A stretch of 64,000 nt of DNA from an uncultured virus (IMG/VR IMGVR_UViG_3300030294_000020). Lineage: Duplodnaviria > Heunggongvirae > Uroviricota > Caudoviricetes. Below, piece by piece: positions 39,078 through 49,404 of this stretch. Position 1 is the first letter of the stretch. Each line of letters starts with the position of its first letter. Under the pieces are notes generated by a model, which saw only the letters and a program-made list of their open reading frames with translations, had not been told where the DNA came from and ran no database searches. A program made the position numbers and the translations under genes. The stretch lies in the IMG/VR virus record IMGVR_UViG_3300030294_000020; one strand, given 5' to 3'.

Positions 39078-41758
39078 ATTTTCTATCCTCTCTTTAGCTC
39101 AACTGTATCATACTCGTCTAAGAACTCATACTTTTCTAAGAATATATGATTTTCACATGATTTAGATTCACAATTAGCTTCTTTAATAATCCAACCATTA
39201 ATATATACTTGTACTTCTCCTTTAGATGTCTTAAGCATTAGGTTACCAACTCTACAACCACCATTAACTAAATCAATTCTAAAAGTAGATTCTTCAGTTG
39301 TTATTTGTTTATTTTTAGTGTTAGTTAGGAAATCAAATACTTCTCTTTCATTTTTGCCATTCCATTGTACAGCTTTCATATCTTTTCTCCTTCCTCAACT
39401 ATCTCATAGTCTTCCTTAAATATAGAGTCTCTGCATACTCTTATCTTTCTCCAATCTGTAGGATATGGTTCAGCTATTAACCAATCACCAAAATGACAAA
39501 CAATTTTACCAGATAAGCTTGGAACAATCAAACAAGGTATATCTGTTATGATAGCATCACCTGTTTTTTCATCTGCTTGTATTTCACAACTAGGATATAT
39601 ATTTATTTGTTTTTCAACAGCCCAATTGAATACCTCAAGTTTAGTTTTATCAGTAAACTGCATTGCTTCCACTGCTAATGATTTTTTTCTGTATTTCATT
39701 TACTCATCCCCTCCAAATAGTTTTTAACTGTCTCAAACTTCCATTCTAATGGACCACTACATGTAAATATAAATTCCTCATGACTCTCAGAAAGTCTAAG
39801 TCTAACAGAGTTTTTACCATTTGGAAACCACTCTTCTATTACATTAGAATATGTAGGAAATAGCTTTCCAAATTCTGTAAGTATATTTTTATGTGTCATT
39901 TTATAACCTCTTTCTTTAGTTCATATTATCTTTCCATTTACTGTAGTAAAGTCCTCACCAGATGCCCAATCTACCCCTGTAACAAGCCACTGGCTGGCTT
40001 CTAGGGTATAAAAGGCATTATCCTTAGTCTTAACAATCCAATCATTAGGCTTAAGATATAGAGGACCTTTAGGGGTTGCTACTACTACTTTATCGTCTAC
40101 AAAATTAGCATCTCCCCCACAAAAGTCTTCAATCTCTGTAAAATTACCCTTGAATTGTATAGCTTTATCATTGTTAAAAGCAACAAAAGCTTCTACTATT
40201 CCCATTATATTATCTGATCTTATTGATGGTGCATCATATAATGCATTTGTGTTTCTTCTGATACCTCTTTTTATAGACTCTTCGCCAAATTCACTCTCCA
40301 ATTTATTTCTGATATTCTCCTTTCTTATTCGTTCTTCTGTTGCTTCTACACCTATTGGGCTATCAATAATTCCTCTTAAAAGAGATTCACCAATTTCTTT
40401 CGAAGATATAGAAGTACTTATAATTCCGTCATCTAAATTATTTTTCATTTTATCTTCCTCCATACAATTATTAAAAGATATAGCATCATGTTCTTGTAAC
40501 CTAATATAACTATCTATAGGTGTCTCAGATTTTAAGTCTTTTATGCATCCTGGTTTATAGAACATGCTATATCATCTCCTTTTTCTGATATACTCATATA
40601 TGCTGTGCCATAAGGCCATTCAATAGTACAATCTAAAAACTTACTTAATAAACCACTAGTAATAAGTTTCTTATGCTCATCATAGAAGAATGCTTGAGCA
40701 TTTTTATCCTTGTTGTTGATATTGGTTAATCCCTTCATTATATTTTTGTTAGCCATTTTTAATCCTCCTTATTTAACTTCAATAGAAAATGATTGTCTAA
40801 GTGGTGCTTGTAATGGTATTGGTAACTTTACATCCATAGTTAACTCAAAACCATCTTTTACTTCTCTAACTGCAATTATCTTTCCAATAGTCTCACCTAA
40901 ACCATTGTTAACAGGCTTATCAAGTTGATCATTAACTGTCATATTACCCTCTTTTGGAACTGTTGTTTTCATTATCATTTGTTATCCCCCTTATTTTTTC
41001 TGATATTACCACCACGTACTAATAAGTACCAAAATGTCCACGCTGCAAATATAAATGCTAATATCTTAATCATATTAGATCCTTCAAGCATCTTTTACAA
41101 TACTTTTTATAATGTCCACTCTTCCATGAAAATGATACATGTGACTCATGCCCAAGAAACAAACAACATATCTTTCCCCATAGTTTTTTCATTATATTCT
41201 CCTTTCTAAAATGAATCAGTTATAAATAAAAATCCAATAAAGTATATAAAATATCCAAGTTCGCTATACCATTTAATATTCTTAGCAGGAATACCTTCTT
41301 TAACTGCTACAACAATGCATATAGTCATAATACAGAGTAATGTACTTATTCCTTTATTCATTATATTCTCCTTTCTAATGTAGTGCTATATAAGAAAAAG
41401 TACAAAGGAGAAATATATAAATAACCCAATCTCCTTTAGTAAATTTGACAGGAACTCCTTTTTCAGCTATTATCATTAGGGTAACACAAATAATAGCCAA
41501 TATTATTTTAATTCCATCAGTCATAATTCTCTCCTATCTAACGCCTTTTAATAATATGTTCAATATATACTGTTCTATCTGCCACATAGTATGATCTTGC
41601 AAATCAGCATTAACTAGCGAATTAACAAGAGTCATATTACCTTTCAATTGAACACTAGCCAATGTACATATATAATCAACATCTAAACTTATTAATTTTG
41701 TTCGATCTTCATTGTAATTAAATACTATTTTTTCTATTTCTATACCCATAATATCCTC

Positions 41759-42262
41759 CTAATAATAGAATCTTTTCTTTTCCCAAGGTTTACTCTTTTC
41801 AGAATAGTCTAATTTCTTGTAGTATTCTTTTTCTTGAACTATTGGTATTAGTATATTACATAATTCCTGAAGTGACTTACCAACTGGCTTCATGATTTGT
41901 ACTAATGCATCTGATAATTCTTTATATGCTATTCCCATACGAGATCCCATTTCCCATATAGCATTTTTTTGGTCTTCAGTAATGCAAATACAAGCTCTTT
42001 CAAATTTATCCAATGCAATAGGTTCAATAACTGGAATAGTATATTGAATATCTTTGAAAGTGTAAAAAGCATCTTGGCAAGCTTTTAGTCTTCTCATTTG
42101 GTCACTCATTTCAAAAATAGATAGTTCACTAGTTGACATCATTGGAAAAAGGAAATCACTTTCTAAACTATAAAAAGTATCTTGCCAGCCTAATAATATT
42201 TTCATTCTTTCTTCCATCATTTTTGTTTTACCGCATTGTCTACCACCAAACATATATATCAT
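41759..42262 (-). CDS. Hypothetical protein with N-terminal Walker A-like motif
   Basis: GGRQCGKT. Confidence 0.5.
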   Translation of the reverse strand: MIYMFGGRQCGKTKMMEERMKILLGWQDTFYSLESDFLFPMMSTSELSIFEMSDQMRRLKACQDAFYTFKDIQYTIPVIEPIALDKFERACICITEDQKNAIWEMGSRMGIAYKELSDALVQIMKPVGKSLQELCNILIPIVQEKEYYKKLDYSEKSKPWEKKRFYY

Positions 42263-42383
42263 ACTCCATCCCCTCCAAAATATTGTTCAACAGCTTCTAT
42301 AAAACTTAAAATAAACAAATGATAAACCTAATATTTTAAGACCCTGAATAATAGATTTATCATCTAATCTAATCATATTCTAT

Positions 42384-42728
42384 CTATTCCAATACTATAG
42401 TTTTAGGTAAAGTTAATATATAACCGTGTCTAACTCGTTTAACATATAAATTATTAAATTCTACCCAACCATATTTATTTTCTTCAAAAGAACCTGATTC
42501 TCCAATCATATCTTTAAAGTCAGCAACACTTACAGACTTAAAGTTTTCCATAACATCTTTTAATTGTCCAAGTACATTCTCAGCATCGTCTCTTGTATCA
42601 AATACAACTACATCTAGATTAGGATCTTTTTCCTCATTTTTCTGTTTAATAGCCTTTACAACGCAAACTCCAAATTTAATAGTTATTACCCCTGTTAATA
42701 CCAATCCAACCATTGTTAATTTTTTCAT
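42384..42728 (-). CDS. TM protein, paralog of C-domain of 43693-44439
   Basis: RDDAENVL..SVADF..YGW..LTLPK. Confidence 0.65.
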   Translation of the reverse strand: MKKLTMVGLVLTGVITIKFGVCVVKAIKQKNEEKDPNLDVVVFDTRDDAENVLGQLKDVMENFKSVSVADFKDMIGESGSFEENKYGWVEFNNLYVKRVRHGYILTLPKTIVLE

Positions 42729-42938
42729 AATTATTTGCTCCTTTCAAAAGCATAATTTATTTCTTTTTACTAAAACCTTTATTTTCCCAGCATTTTAAAG
42801 TCTTTCCTTTTTTATTTTTCTTTGGTTTACTGTCTACGAAATAACAAATATCACCATCAAAAATATCACTACTTCTATGATCATATATACTTGGATTCAT
42901 TAATAAAACCTCCTAATTTATTGTATTATGAACTTTAC

Positions 42939-43250
42939 TTAAACTATTCCTTTATCCTTGTAATACCTAGCCATAAAATCAGCTTTATTCATTATTTCAC
43001 CCCTAGGGAGGGGCTGTTTAGAACCATTTCCGTAATAATATCTTTTGGATTGAATAGAACTAACTGATCTAGATATTATAATTGCTAATTCCATATCTGT
43101 CATTTTTGATTCTAATATTAATTTAATCTCTTCATCTGTCCAAAGCCTGGACTCGTTTCCCTGAGTTTTTTTATAATACCTTTTACGTTGTTCGTTCCTG
43201 GTTATACGTAGCTTATCTTTATCTTTATACTGTTTACTTCTTAAAACCAT
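42939..43250 (-). CDS. HTH/Myb-like DNA-binding protein
   Basis: WTDEEIKLI..TDMELAIIISRSVSSIQSKR. Confidence 0.55.
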   Translation of the reverse strand: MVLRSKQYKDKDKLRITRNEQRKRYYKKTQGNESRLWTDEEIKLILESKMTDMELAIIISRSVSSIQSKRYYYGNGSKQPLPRGEIMNKADFMARYYKDKGIV

Positions 43251-43259
43251 CTCTACCTC

Positions 43260-43679
43260 CTATTCTATAACATTATTTAAATTTACTTTACAAGTATCAT
43301 CTAGTCCATCACCATATCTAATTTTCCTACAGTGTCTACATTGTTGTATACTTCTAGCTCCTCCAAAATTAATAATAGCATCCCCATAAATATTAGCAAC
43401 TGTTCTATAGTCATGCTTACAGAATAGTCTTTTCAGAAAATTTGTTTTATAACTAATAGATTCTAATTTAGTTATTGGAATTGTCACTAGAACTTTTGGA
43501 TTAACGTAATACATAAGTGCTCCATATCCATTATTATCATAAATAGTCTTAGCCTCTTCAACACTACCATTAATAGCAATGTTTGTTACTAGAGAAGCAG
43601 CCTCAGCATAGCTTAAGACCGTCTCTAGTGCTAATTGATCTATAAAATATTTAGTTAATCGTTCTTTTGATACTATCAT
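43260..43679 (-). CDS. Hypothetical protein with FCKHDY..CRHC zinc motif
   Basis: ORF track. Confidence 0.55.
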   Translation of the reverse strand: MIVSKERLTKYFIDQLALETVLSYAEAASLVTNIAINGSVEEAKTIYDNNGYGALMYYVNPKVLVTIPITKLESISYKTNFLKRLFCKHDYRTVANIYGDAIINFGGARSIQQCRHCRKIRYGDGLDDTCKVNLNNVIE

Positions 43680-43692
43680 TGATATCCTCCTT

Positions 43693-44439
43693 CTAATCTA
43701 TTGCCTTAGGCTTAGGTAAAATTAATATAAAGCCATCTCGTCCTCTTTTAGCATAAGCATTACGAGGGGTTAAGTCTTCCCAACCAAATTTATTATCGGT
43801 AAAGGAACTAGGAATACCTAACATCTCATACAAGTCTGCAACACTAGCAACACCATAACTAGAATCTACAAGTTCTATAAGTTGATCTATTACTTCTTCT
43901 GCATCTCCTCTATCTTTTATAACTATGTCATCGAAGTTATGCCTTGCTCTATTACGTTCTGCATTAGCTTTTCGATCATCATCATCTCTATCTCTGTCTC
44001 GTCCTCTATTTCTGCCGCTAGATATTGAGTCATAAGAAGTATATGTCTTACCACTACTCCCATCTCTACTACGAGAACTTCTACTTCTCTTACCTGAAGA
44101 TGTTCCAAATAACTTCATCTCAACTCCACCTGTTATAATATCATATACTAAGGCTTTAGCTGATGGAAGTAATATATCTTGTATTACATATGATACAACA
44201 CTATTCATATCACTACCCTCATCGTGAGTTAACATCTCGGCAAGTTTTTTAGAGAATGATTTCTTCTTCTCTATTACCTTACCGGTTACTACTTTTTTAA
44301 CATGTCTCTCATTGATAGGCTCCTCTGGCTCTTTACTTGCTTTAGAGTTTGATGGAAAATTAACTTTTATAGTACTATCTCCAGATTTCTCCAGATTATC
44401 ATTTTTAGTTTCATCTGACATTTTTATTTCCCCTTTCAA
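43693..44439 (-). CDS. Conserved-looking phage hypothetical protein
   Basis: FPSNS, DILLP, RGDAEEVI..ASVADLYE..FGW. Confidence 0.65.
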   Translation of the reverse strand: MKGEIKMSDETKNDNLEKSGDSTIKVNFPSNSKASKEPEEPINERHVKKVVTGKVIEKKKSFSKKLAEMLTHDEGSDMNSVVSYVIQDILLPSAKALVYDIITGGVEMKLFGTSSGKRSRSSRSRDGSSGKTYTSYDSISSGRNRGRDRDRDDDDRKANAERNRARHNFDDIVIKDRGDAEEVIDQLIELVDSSYGVASVADLYEMLGIPSSFTDNKFGWEDLTPRNAYAKRGRDGFILILPKPKAID

Positions 44440-44451
44440 ATTTGGTGATTA

Positions 44452-44994
44452 TTATAGACTCATCTTAAAAACTGTTTCTTGTGGTTTTTTCATCATATTA
44501 TCAGATATGGACTCGTATATCTTAGAAACATTTGTTAGATTCTGGTTGAAATCGTTAAGTAATGAATCTAAATTATTATTAAATTTGCTAACAACAATCT
44601 CCTTAGCTTCTTCTTTAATTTGAGTTTTCAATAAATCTAAGTCTAGATTAGAAATATCCCTTGCTACTTCCTTTGATACATCCTTTTTAATATTAGAATA
44701 AGACTCATCAACAGATGCTTTTACCTTATTTTTTATCTCTCTTTTAATATTTTCTTTTACATTATATAAGGTACTTCTTACTGCATCATTAACCTCTCGT
44801 TCTACTGCCTTATCAATAGCCTCATTAATAATAACCTCAGAAATATCAACTTGTACATCTTTAGATACATTATCAATTGATGTGTTAATTAGTTCATTCA
44901 TTTTATATATCTTGCGATGTACAAAACATGCATACCCTATAGCTAATATCCCAGTAGCAACCCCTATAATTCCTAAGTTTGAATTATTTATCAT
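44452..44994 (-). CDS. TM plus coiled-coil hypothetical protein
   Basis: N-terminal hydrophobic helix; TTGAAAGGAG RBS. Confidence 0.6.
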   Translation of the reverse strand: MINNSNLGIIGVATGILAIGYACFVHRKIYKMNELINTSIDNVSKDVQVDISEVIINEAIDKAVEREVNDAVRSTLYNVKENIKREIKNKVKASVDESYSNIKKDVSKEVARDISNLDLDLLKTQIKEEAKEIVVSKFNNNLDSLLNDFNQNLTNVSKIYESISDNMMKKPQETVFKMSL

Positions 44995-45016
44995 TGTATT
45001 TCTCCTTTCAAATATG

Positions 45017-45667
45017 AGACAAAATCAGATGCTAAGTTTTCCTTAACATCCGTTTCTAATAATTACTTTAAATCTTCTTTAACCCGATTTATTTGTTGTC
45101 CAATATATTCCGTCGCAGCACTAATCTTCGGTTCCATAAAGTCACAAACCTTGCTTACAATAATATAACTGATAGCAGCTCCACCGATCCAAGTAATGAC
45201 TTTTGTAAGTCCTTTACTATCCTCTGGTGTAGCATCATCTGATACATTTTGTACAACATTGTTCACTCCCATACCAACTATTCCAATTGCTACTGTTTTG
45301 AATATCTCTTTTTTATCCATAATAATCGCTCCCTTCAAAGCAAAATAATTCTTCATTATAGAAGATGTTTTTAACGCGAAATTACAGAAGAGAAAAGAAA
45401 AAGCCTAAGCTTCTTCAGTTGAAGTTTCTTCAATTTGTTCTTCATTATTTAATTCCTCATTATCAACTGATTCATCAATAAGTAGATTCTCTTCGGGTTT
45501 CAGTTTAGTATACACCAATACGCTGGTTGCTATTGCAACTGCTCCTACTAGTACTACTGTACCTGCCTTCTTTAAATTCTTCTTATTAATTATCTCTTTA
45601 ATGTTTTTCATTAATAATCACTCCTCAAATTTTATTTATCTTCATTATAGTGCGTGTTTTCTACGCG
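45017..45667 (-). repeat. Two outlying cassettes (genes 45063-45320 and 45405-45611)
   Basis: Promoters 45352-45378 and 45641-45667; terminator repeat ~45390-45416 and a different hairpin at 45017-45052 ending TTTTGTCTC. Confidence 0.8.
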
Positions 45668-45669
45668 AA

Positions 45670-48449
45670 CTATTGTATATCTGAATCTTTTATACTCTCA
45701 GCACATTTCTTAAATATATTAAGTATTTGTAATTGATCTAGCTCCTGGTTCATATAAGAGTCTCTAAAAGCAGAGGTATACCAACTAATTCCAAAACCAG
45801 TAGGTTTGTATATGAACTTAAGTAATAGTGCTTCTTTTTTATCTGCACCAAAATAATGTAGTCTCATTGTGAATATCTCATTATCAAACTCATCAGATTC
45901 TAGAACTAGCCAAGATAATTTTTGCCATTCCTCTGATTTAACTAACTCTCTATCTGGGAAAGCAAATTCACCTCTTGAATTTCCAAAGAATGTATTGCCT
46001 AATTCCATATTAATCTCCTCCTAGTAATTTATTTTTTGTCTATTTGTTCTAATTGAAATACTTGATAATTATTATCTTCAAATATCATGCCTACTGTATT
46101 ATTTATTCCCTGATATTCCTTGAATTTATTAGCAGCCTCATCAAAAGTATTAAAATTATAATCTGGATCATCTGCCATTTCATTAGTAATAGATCTCGAT
46201 AAGATTAAATCAGGCGTAAATTCATATTTGTCTATTATTCTTTTAGTTTTTAATGCTTCTGTAAGCCCATAGACAACTAGTCCGCCTATAACTACACAAG
46301 CACCATTTATAAATTTGCTCTTATTCGCTACAACAAAATTCTTGATATCTTTTATTTTCATTACTAATCTCCTCCTACCAAATTTCAGTTAGTATTCCTG
46401 GTAAAGTTAATTTACTTGTATTAGCAAGTCTATAACTCTTATTAAATTGATGCTTCAGATTATTTATCGCTTTTTTTCTAGATTTAGCATGAGTCTCCGC
46501 AAACCAGTTTTCTTTAATACATTTACCAAAAGCATTAAGGACAGAACCTTTATACCTGTATTCTTTATATCCTATCCATGTTCTAGAAGGTTTTACTTTA
46601 GTCATTTCTATAGATTCCATATCTACAATTCTCATAATGTTTCCTCTGATCTCTTATTACAGCCTATACCAGCACTGAACTTATCAAGTATCCTTTGCTT
46701 TCTTTCTTTGCTTATTTTCTCCCCATCAAAAGAATCATCAGCAATCTTTAATATTTTCTCATCTAATTCTTCACATCTTTTTAAAAATCCATCATCCAAC
46801 TTTGCAGCATACCTCAGTGCTAATTCTCCAGCTAAGTCAACTGCTACGTTTGCAATAGTATTTTTAGACATCATTATATACCATCCCCCGTTTATTTTAT
46901 TTATTTGTTAATCATTATTCTCTCTTCTATTTCTTTTTTAAACTCTTCTAAAAGTATACTCCTTGCCTTAAAAACACTGTTACTTTGAGCCCATAGATCC
47001 CAAGAACCATATTTATGTTCTATATTTGACAACTCACCTATAACACTGTATACTTTTTCAAATATTTCTTTATCTGCCTTGGCTAGATTTTCTACATATT
47101 CATCAAATTTATCCATACTCAAACTCCTCCTATTTTACTAGTTTTAAATATGCATCTGGAACTATAAGAGCTCTTAATGCTCTATTTTCCATTTCTATTC
47201 TATATTTCTGTAAAGAATCAAACTCAAAATTCTCATTAATAGCCATTTGAGTAGCAATTCTATCAATATGTAATACGTTACCTTGTTTATAATATCTTTT
47301 ATTTACCATTTTTAATCTCTCCTTTTTCTTTATATATTTCAAAAAGTTCATTAGCCATTATTTCTTGATATTCTAATAATGGTTCTGGTGAAAAGGCATT
47401 ACAAAAATTAATAAAATCTTTGTTTGATGTACTGTTTTGACTCTCTCCTTTTTTCCGTACTAAGAAGTTCCCGTATATTTCATGCATAAGTTGTGCTTGA
47501 TATTCGGCCAATGGTGGAGCTTTATAGTCAATAGTAGGAACAACAGAAGGAACAACAGAAGTCATACCAATACCATCATATGATAAATTAGCCTCAACCC
47601 CATCAGAATATGGATGCCATAATCTTGTAGGAGCATGGTAATGTCTACCATCATGAGTAAGTACCTTTGTTTGCTCTTCACAAGAGGTGGGGGCATAAAA
47701 ACTTAATACCGTTCCTATAACCCCTGTTTCTAAGCATATTACTTTATCACCTTTTTTAATCAATCTATCTTTCATGATAGTCCTCACAACTTTTAATAAA
47801 ATATGGGTCTGGTGATGATGTTTCATCTGGATATATACAATGACTAGTTACATCTTTCGGATGTATACCATATGTGCCAAGTCTCTCCATATCAACTATA
47901 ATAGTACCCTCTATTCCTGGTGATAATATAAGATTTTTCTCATTAAAGTCAGGTAATTTAATTAACCCATCATATATATCTTGACTAGAAGTAACTACAA
48001 TTTGCTTAGGTTTTAATGCCTCAATAAGATTATCCATATCGTCCTTAGTAAAGGCTTTATTCTGTATTTCTGATACTGGATCGTATGTGCCTTTTAATGA
48101 GTCTAAAATACTTTTTGATATCTCATCTTGCATTGATCTTTTTATTGCTTCTGTAAGCATATTTATATTAATACAACTCCTTATCTATAAGTTTTATTGA
48201 TTCTTCTTGAGATAATCCACTTTCCACTAGACATTCTATAGCTTCATCTCTTGTATGATTCAATTTTATAGCAAAACAAGCATCATCCATAGATTTTGTA
48301 TTAGATTCAATTGGGCTAAAATGTTTTCCATATTCTAACCCCATCCATAACTCATAGCCTTTTTTATCCATAAATTTCGTTACAAATGAATCTACTATAC
48401 TTGAAAAACTAGCATATTTACCTTTATATTCTACTGTACGTCTTCCCAT
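45670..48449 (-). other. Run of about 9 small hypothetical genes
   Basis: ORFs 45670, 46029, 46375, 46632, 46901, 47130, 47299, 47765, 48168 with RBSs. Confidence 0.55.
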
Positions 48450-48464
48450 TAATAATACAACTCC

Positions 48465-49256
48465 TTAATTTCTAAAATTAGGTTTAGCACGAAAGCTAAT
48501 AGTAATACAAGGGTCATCATTTTCACTCATACAAGTACTGATATCAAACTCTAATTGTCCATCTCTATTTCTATCCCAACCAAGTTCACCACCATTAATA
48601 ACATGATCTAAACCAAGACAATCATAAATCTCATTAAGACTCATGATAGTATCATCTAGTAATTGATAATTAATATCATTCTGAGCTTTCTTAATCTTAT
48701 CTACAGATGACCTAAAATATCGTCCAGTTGTTAAGTCTAAGCATAGAGTGTCACCATTACCTGTAATGATTATTGATTTATCACCTTTCTTAGTTTTATT
48801 TACATGATCTTGAGCAATTTCGTCCTTAATTAGTTGTGCTTTCTTCTCACCTATTGTTTTAATTACTTTAGTCTGATATTCCTTTAAGGCTGTCTCAGAT
48901 AGGTAATAAGCACTCGTTAGAGCCGCACTACGCTTTACACTGATAGTATGTGCGCCTATGATACATGCAATAGTTGCAGCACCCATAGCTATTGTAGGGA
49001 TGTAATATGTCCATGACAATTTGAATATATCATATTTTGACAATATAACTTCTGGTTCAACTGTAACATCAGAGTCAATTTCTATTTGTCTTTCTCTAGC
49101 CCATTTTTCATCTTCTAATAGCCTAGTAACTTTAGGGGTTGCATGTACTGCCATAACAGTAGTCATTATTAAACCTCCTATACTAATAACTGTAAGAAGT
49201 GTTGGACTGTTTTTACCAACCATATTTTTGATAACTTTAAAGTTTGGTTTTATCAT
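48465..49256 (-). CDS. Membrane-associated protein (DUF6353-like), paralog of 36620-37537
   Basis: NSPTLL..AVHATPK..YIPT..GRYF..SLNEIYDCLGL..LGW. Confidence 0.65.
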   Translation of the reverse strand: MIKPNFKVIKNMVGKNSPTLLTVISIGGLIMTTVMAVHATPKVTRLLEDEKWARERQIEIDSDVTVEPEVILSKYDIFKLSWTYYIPTIAMGAATIACIIGAHTISVKRSAALTSAYYLSETALKEYQTKVIKTIGEKKAQLIKDEIAQDHVNKTKKGDKSIIITGNGDTLCLDLTTGRYFRSSVDKIKKAQNDINYQLLDDTIMSLNEIYDCLGLDHVINGGELGWDRNRDGQLEFDISTCMSENDDPCITISFRAKPNFRN

Positions 49257-49300
49257 TATTATTTTCTCCTTTCAAGATATAATTTTATTTTTAATACAGA

Positions 49301-49378
49301 GACAAAGTGAAAGAATATGTAAATTCAACATCTACTAATTATATCTCGCTTTGCTGTTCGACATAATTTATTCTTTCA
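49301..49378 (-). ncRNA. Structured non-coding cassette RNA (three-way junction)
   Basis: Promoter 49375-49401; ends pair (TGAAAGAATA/TATTCTTTCA); two internal hairpins; TTTGTCTC tail. Confidence 0.6.
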
Positions 49379-49404
49379 TTATACTGTATGTTTTCTACGC
49401 GAAG

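Larger units (their letters stand above)
37640..40565 (-). other. Cluster of paralogs with xRKK..EAxQF..GDW..FxxxYE domain
   Basis: ORFs 37640-38275 (two copies), 38272-38577, 39083-39379, 39376-39699 and C-half of 39921-40565. Confidence 0.6.

Noticed and set aside
3805..44108. Alternate-frame minus-strand ORFs nested in larger genes (3805-4041, 23774-24073, 35379-35567, 43923-44108)
   Set aside because: Overlap better-supported genes and show no independent motifs
49340..49362. c-di-GMP-I riboswitch or CRISPR-repeat mimic in the 49.3 kb RNA
   Set aside because: Only a short GCAAAGC match; remaining consensus elements absent
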